Shown here: piece by piece, positions 24,390 through 39,390 of the stretch
Numbering within the stretch: position 1 is the first letter of the stretch
Layout: each line of letters opens with the position of its first letter
Assembly: GCF_006345805.1 (NCBI RefSeq)
Contig: NC_043003.1
Coordinates: 56,420,001 to 56,484,000, forward strand
Length of the DNA: 64,000 nucleotides
Direction of reading: 5' to 3'
Origin: Octopus sinensis
Taxonomy: Eukaryota
Notes under the pieces: generated by a model
Told to the model about the DNA's origin: nothing
The model's database searches: none
The model's input: the letters and a program-made list of their open reading frames with translations, nothing else
Made by a program: the position numbers and the translations under genes

Positions 24390-26878
24390 TTCTAATGCTG
24401 TTGTAAGGAATGCGTGTATATAAGATTCATACTGGCCACAATCCACCGGAATATCTCCACTGCTCTGTACTGACAGGACCATTGTTCTCACTGACATTAA
24501 TGCAATATTGGTAAGATGGCGGCGAGCTGGCAGAAACGCCGGGCGAAATGCGTATCCGTATTTCTTTTGCCGTTACGTTCTGAGTTCAAATTCCGCCGAT
24601 GTCGACTTTGCCTTTCAGCCTTTCGGGGTCGATAAATTAAGTAACACTTACGAACTGGGGTCGATATAATCGACTTAATCCGTTTGTCTGTCCTTGTTTG
24701 TCCTCTCTGTGTTTGGCCCCTTGTGGGTAGTAAGGAAATAGGTAAGATGGCAAAGCATTTCAACAATTTTCTGAACACGCGTTGCTCTATCAATGAAGAG
24801 ACCATTGCTCGTATGCCCTAAGCTGACATCAACATTATCTGGCAGAGCCTCCAACAGAAGCAGAATTTCAGAAGGCAATTAAGATTTGCCTTAAATGGCA
24901 AGGCACCAGGCACTGGCCTCCAACACTATACAAGCCTTGAGGAAAGTATTGATACACAAACTCGCCAATTTCTTTCAGACCATGTGGCAACAGGAAGTTG
25001 TTCCCCAGGAGCTTAAAGACGCAATAGGCGTTGCCAGTGACAACCAACGAGGAATTTATCTGCTCATCGTCGCTGTCAAGATACTCGTAAGCGTCCTCCA
25101 TGACCACCTCATTCAGCAAAAAGAAGACGGTCATCTGCCAGAGAGTCCATGTGGCTTCAGAGAGTGTGTATTTGCCGTACACCAACTTTAAGCGAAATGC
25201 CAGGAACAGAACAGGGATATGACCTTTGTAGACCTAACCAAGGCCTTGATACTGTCAGGCATGAATGACTTTGGAAGATCATGGGAAAATTGGGCTACCA
25301 GGAAAATTATTCAGCAAAATGTGACAGTTTCACAACGACATGCTTGCGCGAGTACTGAAAAATGGAGATTCTTCCGATGCATTCCCAGTCACGAACAGAG
25401 CCAAGCCCGGCTGTGTACTCACACCTACACTGTTGAGTATGATTTTCTCAGCCGTACTGTAGGATGCGTTCTGCAATGACGGCGAAACTAGCATCAAGAT
25501 AAGATTCAGGACTGATAGCTGACTCTTCATCCTGCAGCGGCTACAAGCTAAGACTAAGGTACAAACGGAAGCGGTGCGCGACTTCCTGTTTGTAGTAAAC
25601 TGCTCATTCAACGTCACCACAGACACCTAAACGCATCACAGCATAAACTGCTTTCCCATTGCCAGCAATAACTTTGGCATTAAGATCAATATCGAAGTCA
25701 TGCACCAACTTGCTCTGCAAAACTCATATTTAGAACCAACTATCACTGTCGAAGCGGAAACCTGGAAGGTTATTGTACTCTACTCTAGAGCATTGACGAC
25801 GAAGTCCTCGCGCCGACACTTGTCACAATCACTACAGTACTATACTCCATCAGGCCACTGAAAGTGTTGGTGGTAAAGATGGGATTTTCATGTGTTGTGA
25901 ACCTACATGCTCAAACCAAAACACTGGAACGACGCATCCATGACTTAGTTTTCATAGACGATGCTCCCTTGTTAGCGCTTAGAGAAACTGTTTCTTGCAA
26001 GACAAGAGCTACCTGACACTTTAGCCTATAAGCTTAAAGAAAACAGAAATTCTCCCACCTGCATCACTCCAAAAATACTAACCCTCACATCCCCACAAAG
26101 GAGACGGAACTAAACATAGTCAAACAGTTCACCTTCACAGGGTGTACCATCGTGCCAGATGCCAAAATCTACAAAGAAGTTAATAACAGACCGGTCAAAG
26201 CAAACAGTGCATTCGGCAGATTGTACAAAATAGAATTTGGAACAATAACATGAAGAATGCAACCAAGATCTGTTTATATAAAGGCGTCGTTCTGACCACA
26301 CTCTCGTACGGATCAGAGTCATGGGTCATCTGACAGGACTACGAACGAATCCCTGAGCGATTCCATCAGCGCTATCTTCGTATCATTCTCAGCATCCACT
26401 GATGTAACTTTCACACTAAAGTAGATATCCTAGGGCAGGCGAAGGCCACCAACATCGAAGCAATACTACAGAAAAAAAGCTCTGCTGGGCAGAACAGGTC
26501 ACTCGGTTGAACGATCAACGTTGAGATATCACGATGTATTACAATCTATCTTCCGGTCACCGTCATACAGGAGCGCCTAAGAATACGGCCGAGAGGCACC
26601 TAAGGAAATCCTTTGAAACCTGCCACTGTTCCTGAGAGTGAAGCCTGGTATGTTACAGTCCATCGCACAATAGCTTCCTATGAAGACACCAACAGACACG
26701 AGGGGGAGGAGAAAAAAAAAACACTAAAACCATTACGACCAGCCCTGACCAACCCACATTCGCATGCATCCTCTGGCGTCATAAGTGTTTGTGGAGAATC
26801 GGACCTGTTGACATGAGTGGCCTTGCCATGGACAAGAACATCTCCGTTCATAAATCTTCGCTCGCGAAGCCATACCGA
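24390..26878 (+). mobile_element. Degenerate 5'-truncated RTE (BovB-like) LINE
   Basis: GPQSTGISPLL, SINEETIARMP, GKAPG, PESPCGFR, TFVDLTKA, IRSFTFTGCTIVPDAKIYKEVNNRPVKANSAFGRLY, LSYGSESWV; 3' end taaatcttcgctcgcgaagcc. Confidence 0.88.
24518..24740 (+). mobile_element. SINE family 1b inserted in the RTE with a target-site duplication
   Basis: ggtaagatggc at 24510-24520 and 24741-24751. Confidence 0.92.
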
Positions 26879-27051
26879 ACACACACAAATACAACACACA
26901 CATGCATATATATATTTATAAATATAATACACACACCACACACCACACACCACACACCACACACACACACACACAAACACACACACATATTATATATATA
27001 TATATATATATTATTATATTATTATATTGTATACTCTTTTTTTTTTTTTTG

Positions 27052-27441
27052 TTTGTTTCAGTCATTTGGACTGCGGCCATGCTGGAGCACCGCCTTTAAT
27101 CGAGCAACTCGACCTCGGGACTTATTCTTGTAAGCCCAGTACTTATTCTATCGGTCTCTTTTTGCCGAACCGCTAAGTGACGGGGAATAAACACACCAGC
27201 ATCAGTTGTCAAGCAATGCTAGGGGGACAAAAACACAGACACAAGCACACATACATACATATATATATATATATATACATATATACGACGGGCTTCTTTC
27301 AGTTTCCGTCTACCAAATCCACTCACAAGGCTTTGGTCGGCCCGAGGCTATAGCAGAAGACACTTGCCCAAGGTGCCACGCAGTGGGACTGAACCCGGAA
27401 CCATGTGGTTGGTAAGCAAGCTTCTTACCACACAGCCACTC
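27052..27441 (-). mobile_element. Full-length SINE family 2 with internal (AT/AC) microsatellite
   Basis: A-box-like gtggctgtgtggtaag, B-box-like ggttcagtccc, 3' ggccgcagtccaaatgactgaaac. Confidence 0.9.
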
Positions 27442-27848
27442 ATTATTAAAGAAACTTGAAGAGCCCTTTGCCAAAGGCGCTTCAGCAACAACACACACTC
27501 AAGCCCAGAGACCACTACTAAATTCAGGCCACGCCAGACAGATAGGATGTTCTAAAAGCCGAAGATTTTAAAATTACAGAGATAATATTTACATATCACA
27601 TGAGGAAACATAACTAGGATCTCATTATGCAGTGAAACAGTTGCATAATCATGTACCTGCACATCTGGAGAAAATCGTTGCCTGGATACAATTTTCATGA
27701 TTAAAAAATATACGCCCGACCGTGCTCCTACTTGCTGACTCCAAATTCTTCTACTGGATAGCATAGGGGAAATCTGAAGGTGAATGACTTTATACTGTAC
27801 TTTACTATGTTCTCAACAGAATATACTATAACTATACACGCACACAAA

Positions 27849-27953
<105 letters not shown>

Positions 27954-28076
27954 GATAAACAGATATAGATATAGATATATATGCATATATATATAGATAA
28001 TATATATAACTACGAATGTATGTATACTTTAATATATATGTATAATATATATATACGTATAATATATATATTTATA

Positions 28077-28118
<42 letters not shown>

Positions 28119-28135
28119 ATATATATTTATATATG

Positions 28136-28183
<48 letters not shown>

Positions 28184-29180
28184 TATAGATAATATATATA
28201 TGATACATATATAAGTATGTATATATGTATAATATATATATGTATATATGTAAATACTTACATATATATGTCGGTATATATCTATACATATAACTACATA
28301 TCCTGGTTCGTTGTATTACCAAGGATGTGTTAACAAGGGTTGTGGTTTTTATTTTATCTTTATACACACACACACAAACACACAGACACACGCGCACAGA
28401 CACACGCATATGTACACACACTGAAATACATACGGAAACATAAACAGAAAGATAGCAAATAGACAGACTGAGAGGAAACAGCGATCATAAATTATATTAT
28501 ATAACTTTTGCATAATAGGACAGGTACGTCTGATATCAGACTCGTTTGCTTTGTAATAATGTATTTTCCATTTGTTGGAAAGAATACGAAATGGCGTACT
28601 TTTATATATAATCAAAGACAGATCATAGATCAACGCAGTAAAACACACAAACACACACACACACACACACACATGTATAGAATCATACATGGAGAATTAT
28701 GATTCAAAATGAAAGGGGTAAGTTTTTGAGGTGGAAGGTTAGAGAAACTATGCATTAAGTACATGTATTATCTTTCTGAATAGTACAGCACTGCAGCCTG
28801 GTCGCCTGATATGTTACAAATTGCAGCGAAACGTCCCTCAATTCATGTCAGTTGTAAAATACCAATCGAGTCTCGTTAACTTTCCTCACGTAGCAGTAAA
28901 AACACCTGACATCGTAGCATCCTAAATACAGCGAATTATATCAAACAAATGCTGCATTGCATGTCCTACTGAATTCATAATATACGAATGGGAAAAAAAC
29001 TATTACAGGTAAAACGCCTCATGCCTTTGATCTCCTTTGTCTCACCTAGTGGTATAGTAAAAACATTGTTACCATTCGCTGGAAGAAAAAAAATAAGCCC
29101 CCCCCCCCAAAAAAAAAACACTGACGTATACATACTTGCACAGACGCACATGTACTCGTATATACCTATACATCTACATA

Positions 29181-30397
29181 CAGGCTGCTTAAGGTATTTG
29201 AGGACATACCTTTTTTGATCATTGCTACATTTTTTTTTTGCTAACACTCTATAATCTTTGTTTCAGAAAATTATAATAGCAGACCCTCAGCTTCCACGAG
29301 GAATGAAGAGGCATGTTGATATTGTAGTTATAAAGGCCGAGCATAGCGATTTCGAAATATCTTAACTTTTAAAAGAGTTAGAGATTGAAGATGAAAAGCA
29401 ATATCACCAGTATTGAAGCAGAAAAATCATTCTAAATGCCCATAAATCATCAGAATACCTGAATTTATCCAGCATGTTCAACAGATCATTGATTGCAATC
29501 CCAGAAAGTCCATACGGTCAATTGCAAAACATCTCCATGTGTGCAAGGAGCATCTCAAATGTCACCACGAGATAGATATAAGTCTTATATGATGAGGAAA
29601 GGTCAATTTATTTCAAAAAAAGCAAAAGAAAATCACTAGATCAGATCTAAAAGGCTCTTAAACAATCAGAAAAATCCAGAAGAAGATTTGATTTGATTTT
29701 TCTCAAACAAGAAGAACATTGACCAAGATTTTAAAAGTTATCAGAAGAAATGACAGATTGTTATGTGCAGACATTTCTGAAGTTCCAAGCGTTAAACGTA
29801 AAAAATTTTCTGCAACTGTCATGTCTTTAAAGGTTGTCAGCAATGAAGGACATGTGAAGCCTTCTTACTTCTTACCACTGCTACCTATATTGAGGCATTG
29901 GAAACAGTTGTTAAGCCCTGGATTAAGAGTGTTTGCAATGGAAGGCAATATGTGTTTCAGTAAGATTCTGCAACGTCACATCGTAAGACTCTGCACTATC
30001 ACACATGAATAACTGACTGAAAATATTAATGTTCACATAACCCCTAACAGTCGGCCTCCTAATTCCCCAAATCTCAATCCATTGGACTACTACATGTGGA
30101 TCGTTTTTGAGAGAGAGGTCAATGAACACGCCAATAACACCAAAGGTTATTTGAAAACTGGCATAGTCATAGCAATGCACAAAATTAACCAGGACCACTT
30201 GATTCGAGCATATAGAGGATTTGGATCTCATATAGGAAGAGGTACTGAAGCTGAAAGTGGATGTATTGAATAACATTATAGAAAAGAAGCTTTATTTTAT
30301 CCTCATAGCACACTTTGATAAATAAACTTATTTTGTGTTATTATATATCTGTGTTTTTATAAACATAAATTTGTTCTCAAATATCTTACGCCCCCTG
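29181..30397 (+). mobile_element. Degenerate Tc1/mariner, DD37D (maT)-like
   Basis: Diverged TIRs caggctgcttaaggtatttgaggaca / RC cagggggcgtaagatatttgagaaca flanked by TA; PPNSPNLNPLDYYMWIVFEREVN. Confidence 0.8.
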
Positions 30398-30403
30398 TAT
30401 ATA

Positions 30404-30437
<34 letters not shown>

Positions 30438-30565
30438 CATTATATACATATATATCATATATATATATATATATGTATATATATATCTATATATATATAT
30501 ATATATATATATCCAGAGAGAGAGAGAGAGAGAGAGATACACACACACATATATATATATATATA

Positions 30566-30607
<42 letters not shown>

Positions 30608-31432
30608 AGAGAGCGAGAGAGAGAGGAGAGAGAGAACACACACAATATATATATATATATATGTATCTATGTATGTATATGTATTCTTTGATTCTTTGAT
30701 TCTTTCATATGCTTCAGCCCTAAGGCTGTGACATGATGGAGCTCCGCCAGTGTAATCACCTTTTCAATGGCCAATTTTGTGTGATTGTCTTGTGATGAGA
30801 CTGCTGCCCTTTTTTGAGATTCTTGTGTTATCTGCTTATATATATATATATTCATATATATATATTTATATATATATATCTATATGTGCTTGTGCGTGTG
30901 CGCGCGCGCATGTGTATGTGTGCGCTCGCGCTTGTGTATGTATGTAAGTGAGTGTGTGTGTGTGCGTGTGTGTGCATGTGTGTGTGTGTGTGTTGTGGGG
31001 TGTGTGTGTGGTGTGTGTGTGTGTGTGTGTGTACCCATCCTCAGTGAGCTAATTAGCCAGAAAGTCTTTGCTGAAATGTAAATGCCACTAAAAATACTGC
31101 TTTAAAGTTTAAAATCGAGAAAATAATACAGAAAACTATTGATTTTCTAGTTTTACGAATACTAAGCATTAAGAATAATAATTTTTTCAAGAAGTTCTGT
31201 TGTTAGTCTCGGTCTTCTAAAGCCTTAAGTTGAATTTCTTTTTTCTTTCTGTTACATTCATGTTTCAAACACACCAGACCAATTATTGTTTGTCAACCAC
31301 TGATGTCAGTTGTATGGTCCATCCCAAAGTCCTGAAATTTTGGTGGAGGGAAATAGTTCCTTACATCGGCCTCGGTACAAAACTGGTGCTTATTTCATCG
31401 ATCACTCCAGTGCTCAACTGATATTTATATCA

Positions 31433-31813
31433 TCTCTCTATATATAAACGGCAGTTTGTCTGTGCGTGTTTCTGTGTGTCTGTTGCTTGTACCCTCACCT
31501 GACCACGGCTTTCAACCGATTCTGATGAAACTTGACACACACATAGCCCAATGTCATAATTCAAAACTAACGCAGCGAAAATTTTTGAAAAGTTCCCCAG
31601 TTCTGAAAAAATCGATAAATTCGACATGGGGTCGAGAATCAGAAAACGACCACAAACTGTCTAGGGGACGCAACTCCCTCCTTTTTTAACTCTCAAAAAA
31701 AAATTTACCATCATTTTTTTCCATTTTTTTGCTATTTTTTGGCTATAACTCTCTAAAAATGCTTTATAGTTATTTCCCTTACAAACCTGAGCAACGCCGG
31801 GCGATACTGCTAG
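31433..31813 (+). mobile_element. Non-autonomous Helitron-like element
   Basis: a|tctctctatatataaacggcag ... gagcaacgccgggcgatactgctag|t. Confidence 0.88.
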
Positions 31814-32139
31814 TCGACATATAAAAGACGAATGAGGAAGTCGACTGCGGCAAACTTTTATCTCTGAACATAATAGTGATCCATTTTCTTGTCGGTGAAT
31901 AGATTATGAACCATAACTGGGCAGACACTTCATATGTGTAATTTCACATATGAATATCCGGATGAAATCTGGTTGATCATGTTACTACACAGCTGACCAG
32001 AGATTCAACAAAATTCCAACTACCGTTATCTGCGCTGTCATACTCATACAAATAGACAAATATAACTCAATTGTTCAAGGAGAAATCACTGGCATACTGC
32101 AACGCACTGTTTAGATATAGGAGACACACAGTAAACAAT

Positions 32140-32913
32140 CTTTTCTACTCTAAGCACAAGGGCCGAAATTTTAAGGGCCACTCGATTAGATCTATCCCAG
32201 TATGTAGCTGATACTTAATTTATCGACCCTGAAAGGATGAATAGCAAAGTCGACCTCGGCGGAATTTGAACTCAGAACGTAAATAAAGACGAAATGCTGC
32301 TAAGTATTTCGTCCGGCGTGCTAACGCTTCTTATTTCTTTACTACCCACAAAGGGCTACACACCGAGGGGACAAACAAGGAGAGACAAACGGATTAAGTC
32401 GATTACATGGACCTCAGTGCGTAACTGGTACTTATTTAATCGACCCTGAAAGGATGAAAGGCAAAGTCGACCTCGGCGGAATTTGAACTCAGAACGTAGA
32501 GGAGAAATACTTATTTCTTTACTACCCACAAGGAGCTAAACACAGAGAAGGCAAACAAGGACAGATAAACGGATTAAGTCGATTATATCGATCCCAGTGC
32601 TTAACTGGTACTTGTTTAATCGACCCCGAAAGAATGAAAAGCAAAGTCGACCTCGGCGGAATTTGAACTCAGAACGTAGCGGCAGACGAAATACCTATTT
32701 CTTTACTACCCACAAGGGGCTAAACACAGCGAGGACAAACAAGGACAGAAAATGGATTAAGTCGATTATATCGACCCCGGTGCATAAATGGTATTTATTT
32801 AATCGACCCCGAAAGGATGAAAAGAAAGTCGACCTCGGCATGATTTGAACTCAGAACGTAGCGTCAAACGAAATACCACTAAGCATTTCGCCCGATTCTG
32901 GCAGTTCGCCGCC
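32140..32913 (-). mobile_element. SINE family 1 containing a nested tandem trimer of family 1b
   Basis: Units ~32332-32510, 32511-32695, 32696-32894 joined at gaaatac(c/t)tatttc; host head remnant 32895-32913. Confidence 0.85.
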
Positions 32914-32989
32914 TTTACACACAGTAAATAATGTTGTCATTAATGATAAACGGATGTTTCCAGCCTCGTTGAGGCCTCGAACAATATCA

Positions 32990-33478
32990 CCATTCTTTCA
33001 TGTATTTCCTTCTCAGGCTTTCTTCAGAAATATTGGAGTCAACACACTTAAGTTCTTCCAACGCCATTTACTGTCAAAGTTGACAATTTCAGCCTTCGTC
33101 TCTTCACGGGTCCTCACACGCAGTGAGGGTTTATAACCACTCAAATAAAAATACACAAATGATCAAATATAAATGATTGGTTCCTCAGGGAATCACTTAC
33201 ATGGCTTGTCGAGCGGCAATACTTAGCAGCTAAATAACCGTTATACCGCAAAGTACTTCTTAATGACGAGAGCACACTGTAGGCATGAATGATAAAAGGA
33301 TTTCGCCACCCTTGGTACTATCTCAGACATGACAACCATTTTTTCATTCTTTTTGTTTTCAGGCTTTCTTCGAAATCATTGAAGTCGGTAGGCCTAATGT
33401 TGCCAACATAATTTGTCGAGGTTAATAATTTCAACCTCTGTTTCTGCACGTACTTTCATAGGCAGTGAGGTTTATACT
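32990..33478 (+). repeat. Two diverged ~140-bp direct repeats with exon-like boundaries
   Basis: Pyrimidine tract-cag|gctttcttc ... gca|gtgagg in both (33017-33122; 33363-33464). Confidence 0.6.
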
Positions 33479-33559
33479 TGATGTTGACCATCTCTTAGTA
33501 TGGCAACATACCAAAACGAACGAGCCTAGATAGGCCACACAATTATATCAAGTGCCCTC

Positions 33560-34165
33560 GGTAGATTTCCTCTTTTCCTTGCGTTTGACTCAATGTTTAA
33601 CACGAATGCATGCAACATTGAATTTTTTATGAGTGAAGCATGGATATCTTGCCTCAGTTGCACAGCAGCAGTTAGGTATTGTCCTTAGGCATTCTTGGTC
33701 ATTTAAAATTGAAAGATCCTGAGCTAAAATGACGCATAATATGTGATGATTGGGATGCCTGAAGGAAAACATGACATAGCCATTCATAATAGTGGCTCCA
33801 AACACGTCAATGAAGATTCTCGATGCACCCAAACTTTCTACAACAATGTGTGCGCGTACGTCAAGTAGAACATTGTGAGAATAGATCAACTTTTGCCAAT
33901 AAGAATTAAGAATTTGGGATAATTAACAGAACAGCACTACTGCGTGTCAATAACTGCGTGAAGTGAATGACATGTATCATTTGGATTGGGTTGCTGACTG
34001 TTAACCGTGACAGAGATATCTTCCTTTATGTAATATTTGCAAAACAGTAGAGATGGTACATTCACAAACCTACTTTTGGGTTCTAAAGTTTTTTAGGAAG
34101 CTAGTATACAGTATACATGATATTTCTTGAAATTTGTTATTGATTGCTCCACGGCATATATATTT
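33560..34165 (-). mobile_element. Possible very old mariner relic
   Basis: Only weak echoes of HDNARPH (LDVRAH) and LAPxD (LAQD). Confidence 0.25.
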
Positions 34166-34259
34166 ATGTAGGTATGTTCTCTCTTTCTCTAACTTTCCAT
34201 TCTCTGTTTCTGTGTGTATGTATATATATATATATATATATATATGCACATACATACAT

Positions 34260-34290
<31 letters not shown>

Positions 34291-34503
34291 CATACATATA
34301 TATCATAATGTTTTATTTATATATTCATGGAGCGCCACACTAATACAATTGTATTTGTTTTCCACCTGCCTTCGTATTTGTTATTTTCATAAAGCTTCCC
34401 GTATAATATATATATATATACTACATATATATATATATAACATATATATATAATATATATACAATATACATATACATATATATATAATATATATATATAG
34501 ATA

Positions 34504-34538
<35 letters not shown>

Positions 34539-35904
34539 CTATCCTAGTAACTCATGGAATAGTTGGTCTTGTCGAGTATCTGATTTTAGTTGTATGATTG
34601 CAACCTGGAAATACAGCCTATGAACTTGAGTATCTATTTATTAGCTTCAGGAATCGTGGCAACAATTATTTTAAATGATCCATTACCTACGAGTTAGGTA
34701 TGTAATCTAGGCTTCTACGTGTAATTTGAATGAATATCGATTAACGCAATAGCTGTGCATTTGGGCGGACGTGCGTGATGGTTTATGTGTGTATATATAA
34801 TAATATATATATATAATATATATATATATATAGTATATATATATATATATATAGATATATATATATATATATATATATATATCTGTACTACATACATATA
34901 TGCATGAAGGTAAGTACGATTGAACATATGTATCTACCTATATGTCAGTATCTGTTTATAAATCAAATGTTCATATATGAGAATAAACCATCAGCAGACT
35001 CTAACACTGTATCTTCATAAAATTTATCTTTGCATTCTGGTCTATTCAATGCATCTGTTAGATAAGCAGGGAACTTGCGATGGTTTAAACAGTTGATCTG
35101 AAAACCTGCCTAATCATTTGTGATACCATAGCGTCTGCTCTATCACTGCTGACCTAGGAATAACACAATTTTCATCTGACATACAGAAACAGGGGAATAT
35201 TGAGAAGAGTATATTACCAAAGTACGTAGGTTAAACAGTAAATATAGAGGCAACATCAGTTGTTCATGTTGTTCGCTGACCACCATATATCACAGTTGAC
35301 AGTAAATGTATATATTGAATATTTGTGTATGTATTCAATTTTGGAACGGTAACCTTCAAAATCCTCTCTCTCTCTCTCTCTCTCTTCTTACTATATATAT
35401 ACATACACCTACATGCATAATACATACATACATATATATGTATATATGTACACACACACAAATATAAATACATCCATACGTACGCATGTATGTTCGTACG
35501 TACGTAGGTATGTATATACAATAAAGGAAACTAAATCGAAACAGGCTGCTAAAAGCGTTTGCGTTGCCAAGATTGATATGATCTAGATAAATAGTAAAAA
35601 GAGCACAATAAACTGCCACAGGAAGTAGAAATTGTGACGTTTCGGAAAGAGACCTTAATCAAGAAAATAGCTGACAGGGGTCAAATAAAACAGACAAAAG
35701 AGAGTCTTTTTTTTTTTAAATCCTGCAACTTACGTACAGAGTGTAAACTGAACTGTGGCCGTTCACTTTTACTTCTGTCAACGTTTCCCTATGGTAGGGC
35801 TATATGCTAAATGGTAGAATTTCCACTTCACTACATCGACATTATGGCCCGCTGGTGGAATGGCATACGTTATACATTCATATTTTTTTTTATTTCCCTG
35901 CACT

Positions 35905-36062
35905 AAGCGTTGGCGTGCCTGTGTGGAAAGAAGCTTGCTTCCCAACCACATGATTCCGGTTACAGTCACACTTATTGACACCTTGTGCAAGTGTCTTCCA
36001 CTATAGCCTTAGAGGTTTGTGAGTGGATTTGGTTGACGGAAACTGAAAGAAGCTCGTTGTGT

Positions 36063-36122
<60 letters not shown>

Positions 36123-36390
36123 GGGTGGAAGAGAGAAAGAAAGAGAAAGATATATATATATATGTATGTATGTCAATGAGTGTGTCTTTCTATGTGTTTT
36201 TCTTCCACTACCGTTTGCCAACCGGTGTTGGTGTCTTTGCATCACTTTTAGCTAGCTGATTAACGAGATCGCTAGAATAAGCACTAATCTTAGGAAGTAA
36301 GGACTAGGTCAATTCATTCCACTATATTTCCAAGTCGGTGCTACAGCATGGCTGTAATACAATGACTGAGACACTTAAAAAATAAGTGAC
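35905..36390 (+). mobile_element. SINE family 2, degraded full length
   Basis: gtgtggaaagaagcttgcttcccaaccacatg...gtgagtggatttggttgacggaaactgaaagaagc...aatgactgagac. Confidence 0.8.
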
Positions 36391-36679
36391 AAAAATAATA
36401 AAAATAGTACGTCCACTTTCGATTTACGCAACTTCTTTTAAAATTTATCTACGAGACTAACATCAGTTAAGTGCCACAATTAACGACCGTTTAAGTGTCA
36501 GCCAGCATTCAGTTTCTACTCTCCTTATTCTGGACCGAAAACCTTCTTTGAGATATAATCTCATGGACATGAGAAGCAAGTGTTGGACTCTTTTAAGGAA
36601 CAATGGAAAAAATTAATGGAATATATGGAGAATATGCTTTCAGATTCATATTCGCGGTTTTAAACGTACATTTGCAATA

Positions 36680-37576
36680 GTAGCAGCAACAGTAGAGATG
36701 GTTTTGGCGGTGGTGGTGGTAGTAGTGGTGTTGATCATTGTAGTAGTAGTAGTAGTAGTGGTAGTGGGGAGGTTGGTAGTAGTCAGTAATAGTGATGGTG
36801 GTGGTGATTTTGCTGGTGGTGGTGGTGGTGATGTTGTTAGTAGTTAGTAGTAGTAGTAGTAGTAGTTGCAGTAGTGGTGGTGATGATGGTAGTAGTAGTA
36901 GTAGTAGGGTTGGTGTGGATTTGCGTGGCGTTGCTACTTGTAAAGAAGTGGAATGTAAATTTTAAACGACTAGCAATCGTAACAGTAAATGTGACAGTAC
37001 ATAAATTGATGATGATGATGGTGATGATCAGGAGGAGGAGGAGAGGAAGGGAGGGAGGTCGAGGGAGGAAGATAAAACGATGGATGGTGAGGGTGATAAT
37101 ACTGTTCGTGTTATTGCTTGCGATAATGAAAATCTTGCTGCTCCTACTCGTAGTCATGATCATAATGACTTCTGGTGTTGATGAAGATGATGATGATGAT
37201 GAAATTAGAACGAAGACGACGATCATCATAATTATCATCATCATCATTATGTTAATGATGGCGATGATCACGATCATGATTATCATGATGACGAGCTTGA
37301 TGATCATAGGTAACAATGATACTTACTCATGGTGACTGCGGTTCCTGCTGCTACAGCTGATGGTGATGATGATGATGATGATGGGGATGATGATGGGGAT
37401 GACGACGATGAGGATGAGGATGAGGCGTAGGAGGTTGACGACGATGCTGCTGCTGCTAATACAATCGTCGCTGTTGCTTGCTGCTGCTGCTGCTGCTGAT
37501 GCGATGATGATGATGATGATGATGATGATGGTGATGATGGTGATGGTGATGATGATGATGATGATGACGGTGAGGG

Positions 37577-37611
<35 letters not shown>

Positions 37612-37652
37612 GTGATGGTGATGATGTTGATGATGATGATGATGATGATGAT

Positions 37653-37685
<33 letters not shown>

Positions 37686-37760
37686 GTGATGGTGATGATG
37701 TTGATGATGATGATGATGATGATGATGATGTAACGATGATGATTACTATGATGACGATAA
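36680..37760. repeat. Degenerate trinucleotide tract (GTA/GGT/GAT)
   Basis: Direct reading; source of the poly-M/H/D ORFs. Confidence 0.9.
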
Positions 37761-38572
37761 GAAAGTAATAAAGGTGGCGGATGGTTTGGTGTCGGTCATA
37801 GCAATTTAGAAATACGCTTTGAGAGTTGTTGCATGTGAAATGAGTGAATGCGAGAGTTATGGAAGATGAAGGGTGTGAAATGTCATGAGTTATTCCTATG
37901 TTTAAAATAATGAAAAAAACAAATAAGAAACAAATAATACACGAATGCAAAAAAAAATATTAAAAAAAAAACAAAACAAAACAACGATAACAACAAATAC
38001 ATGAACCGAAATATAATAAAATAATATGAAATGCATTCATTTAAAATTGTAATACAAGTGAAGCGGGAAATTATGGAAGTCGGGTGAAATGAAGTATTAT
38101 AATCCTGGAAACATTTCTATGTAAACCCCGGGCTGCGTGTTGATGAGAAGGTGAGAAGGTAACAGAAACGTACACATACGCACGTATAATTAATGATAAT
38201 CACCCTTTCAAACACCTATGCGCGCTTGTGTGTGCGGTACATGTGTCTTTACGCATGCGCATGCACTAGCATACATATACACGCACATAACCATACACAC
38301 ATGTGGAAATGCATACAAACTCGTATGTTATGCTCTATATGTGTATCTGTCGCATGTAGTAGCATATATGTTCATAGATATCGACCTCATACACGTACTG
38401 ATATATTTGGGCACATGAATACATGTATATATATATATAGAGATAGATAGATAGATAGATAGATAGATAGTAGATAGATAGATAGATAGATAGATAGAGA
38501 GATAGATGATAGATAAATAGATAGAAGATAGATAATACATAATTTTATATATAATATAACCATATATATAAT

Positions 38573-38605
<33 letters not shown>

Positions 38606-38621
38606 ATATATACATATATAT

Positions 38622-38674
<53 letters not shown>

Positions 38675-39338
38675 TTTATATATAGTTAGGAGAGGAGGAG
38701 AGAGATGGAGAGAGAGAGAGATAGATATTGACTTGCAAACAAGCCTGATGCTTACAAGCAACTTTGAACATCTGTACACAAACACACAAACATATGTTAG
38801 CAAGCAAACATACACATATAAACACTTATATACGTACATACACAAACACATAAATATACACACATACATACATGCATATATACAAATATACATGAATGAA
38901 TACATATTCACAGACATATATATGTAATAGTTTGGGGTATTTTGTTATATTTGATTCGAATCGAAAATCCTGGTATCGTGGATCGCTATTAAGCATAACA
39001 GGAAATGTGTGTGCGTGCGCATGATATATCTGAAACGTTACACACACAAAAAAGCTGTTATATATATATATTCCTTATTAATATATATGTATGTGTGTGT
39101 TTGTGTATGTGGGGGTGTGGGAGTGTACAACACAACATATATATATATATATTACATATGAATATATATATATATATATACATATATATGTACATATATA
39201 TATAATATATACATGGTATATATATATAATATATTATATGTATACTATATATTACCAAGTATATATAGGTTGTATGCATGTAGTTATGTAGATATATATA
39301 TATATTCTATATATATATATACATATATATATATATAG

Positions 39339-39390
<52 letters not shown>

